Below are positions 63,495 through 64,000 of a DNA stretch of 64,000 bases, piece by piece (the first letter of the stretch is position 1; each line of letters opens with the position of its first letter). The translations under genes and the position numbers were made by a program. A model generated the notes under the pieces. The model saw nothing but the letters and a program-made list of their open reading frames with translations. It was not told where the DNA came from and did not search any database. Source of the stretch: Chloroflexota bacterium (GTDB lineage: Bacteria; Chloroflexota; Dehalococcoidia; Lucifugimonadales; UBA3495); NCBI GenBank assembly GCA_022573285.1, contig JACZUF010000010.1, positions 5,602 to 69,601 on the forward strand, given 5' to 3'.

Positions 63495-64000
63495 ATGACC
63501 ACTCAGAATGCTCCAGCTTCCATGTATCGAACTAAAGAGGGGTTGGGGCTATGGGAGCACAAAGGTAAGGTTGCAGCCGTCGGTGTCGGGCACTCTCCGA
63601 CTACCCGGCGCTGGGACGGTAAACCCGAGACATCCGTGGGCGCAAACAGCATCCTTGCGCTGAGAAGAGCAATCGAGGACGCGGGCGTATCGCCAGACCA
63701 GATCGACGGTTTGATCATCGACCCTGTGACCACCACCGGGGCTCACTGGCCGGAAGACCAACCCGTCCCCATGGATGTCGTCAACGCCTACAAACCCACC
63801 AGCGATCCCTTGGACGGCATCGCCAAGTTGAGCGCTGAGTGGATCTTGAATAACATGCCGGAGCTGAACAACGTCAAGTTCACGATGTACGGTCCCGGTT
63901 GTATGTCTCACGCCATCGTCGTTGCCGCTCAGGCCGTGGGTGATGGTCTCACTCACACCTGCCTGGTGCTCAAGAGTTGGCACAACCTGGAAGGCCGGTA
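63495..64000 (+). CDS. thiolase-fold (SCP-x / lipid-transfer-protein-like) protein, N-terminal part; runs off the window
   Basis: ATG at 63495 with AGAGG upstream. My translation: MTTQNAPASMYRTKEGLGLWEHKGKVAAVGVGHSPTTRRW...ILALRRAIEDAGVSPDQIDGLI. Open to 64000. Confidence 0.75.
   Translation, partial: MTTQNAPASMYRTKEGLGLWEHKGKVAAVGVGHSPTTRRWDGKPETSVGANSILALRRAIEDAGVSPDQIDGLIIDPVTTTGAHWPEDQPVPMDVVNAYKPTSDPLDGIAKLSAEWILNNMPELNNVKFTMYGPGCMSHAIVVAAQAVGDGLTHTCLVLKSWHNLEGR

Noticed and set aside
1-64000. Scanned for CRISPR arrays, rRNA genes, intact IS elements or transposases, and toxin-antitoxin pairs
   Set aside because: I saw no regularly spaced direct repeats with unique spacers, no rRNA-like sequence and no DDE or IS-type ORFs with terminal inverted repeats. 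The only recombinases are the decayed fragments at 3.1-4.1 kb.

Overview
High-GC (roughly 60% by eye) bacterial chromosomal segment with about 60 supportable CDS, two tRNA genes and one riboswitch. The gene content could fit a Chloroflexota-like marine lineage, but that taxon is only a guess. Supporting content: several luciferase-like/F420-type oxidoreductases, amidohydrolases, minCDE, purH-purM-purF and rpmH-rnpA-yidD-yidC-jag. The core backbone also includes smpB, an S41 peptidase, a peptide-type ABC importer with an oxidase/amidohydrolase set, and thiolase/HMG-CoA-synthase/DUF35 genes. Both tRNA genes carry scars of integration. tRNA-Val(TAC) at 2862-2938 is followed about 18.5 kb later by a perfect 49-bp copy of its 3' part (21412-21460), with decayed tyrosine- and serine-recombinase genes next to the intact tRNA. 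A diverged 5' half-copy of the tRNA lies about 0.9 kb upstream. tRNA-Leu(CAA) at 61834-61919 is preceded 3.5 kb upstream by a perfect 33-bp copy of its 5' part. The two copies bracket an AT-richer islet of lipoprotein genes with shared repeat leaders. The most interesting content is inside the tRNA-Val island, at 4302-17390. A tight operon encodes a transglutaminase-fold protein, an RCK-gated K+ channel, a divergent 1095-aa SecA paralogue, a low-complexity lipoprotein and an acidic orphan. It converges on a multi-repeat DUF350 membrane protein. That gene is divergent from a polyamine-type operon: carboxynorspermidine decarboxylase, an unknown protein, and a glutamine-synthetase-family ligase. 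I propose this as a candidate undescribed membrane system linked to polyamines, possibly for stress, specialised export or defence. Function is inference only. Other notable items:
- a cobalamin riboswitch with terminator upstream of bluB
- a signal-less RdhA/QueG-family Fe-S protein
- a family of roughly 95-bp REP/MITE-like hairpin elements
- an HMGCS-DUF35 fusion
- a 107-nt dual-coding yidC/jag overlap
- a PQQ-propeller gene interposed between yidD and yidC
- an internally duplicated 'HYHYGP' protein
No CRISPR array, rRNA, tmRNA or intact transposase was seen.
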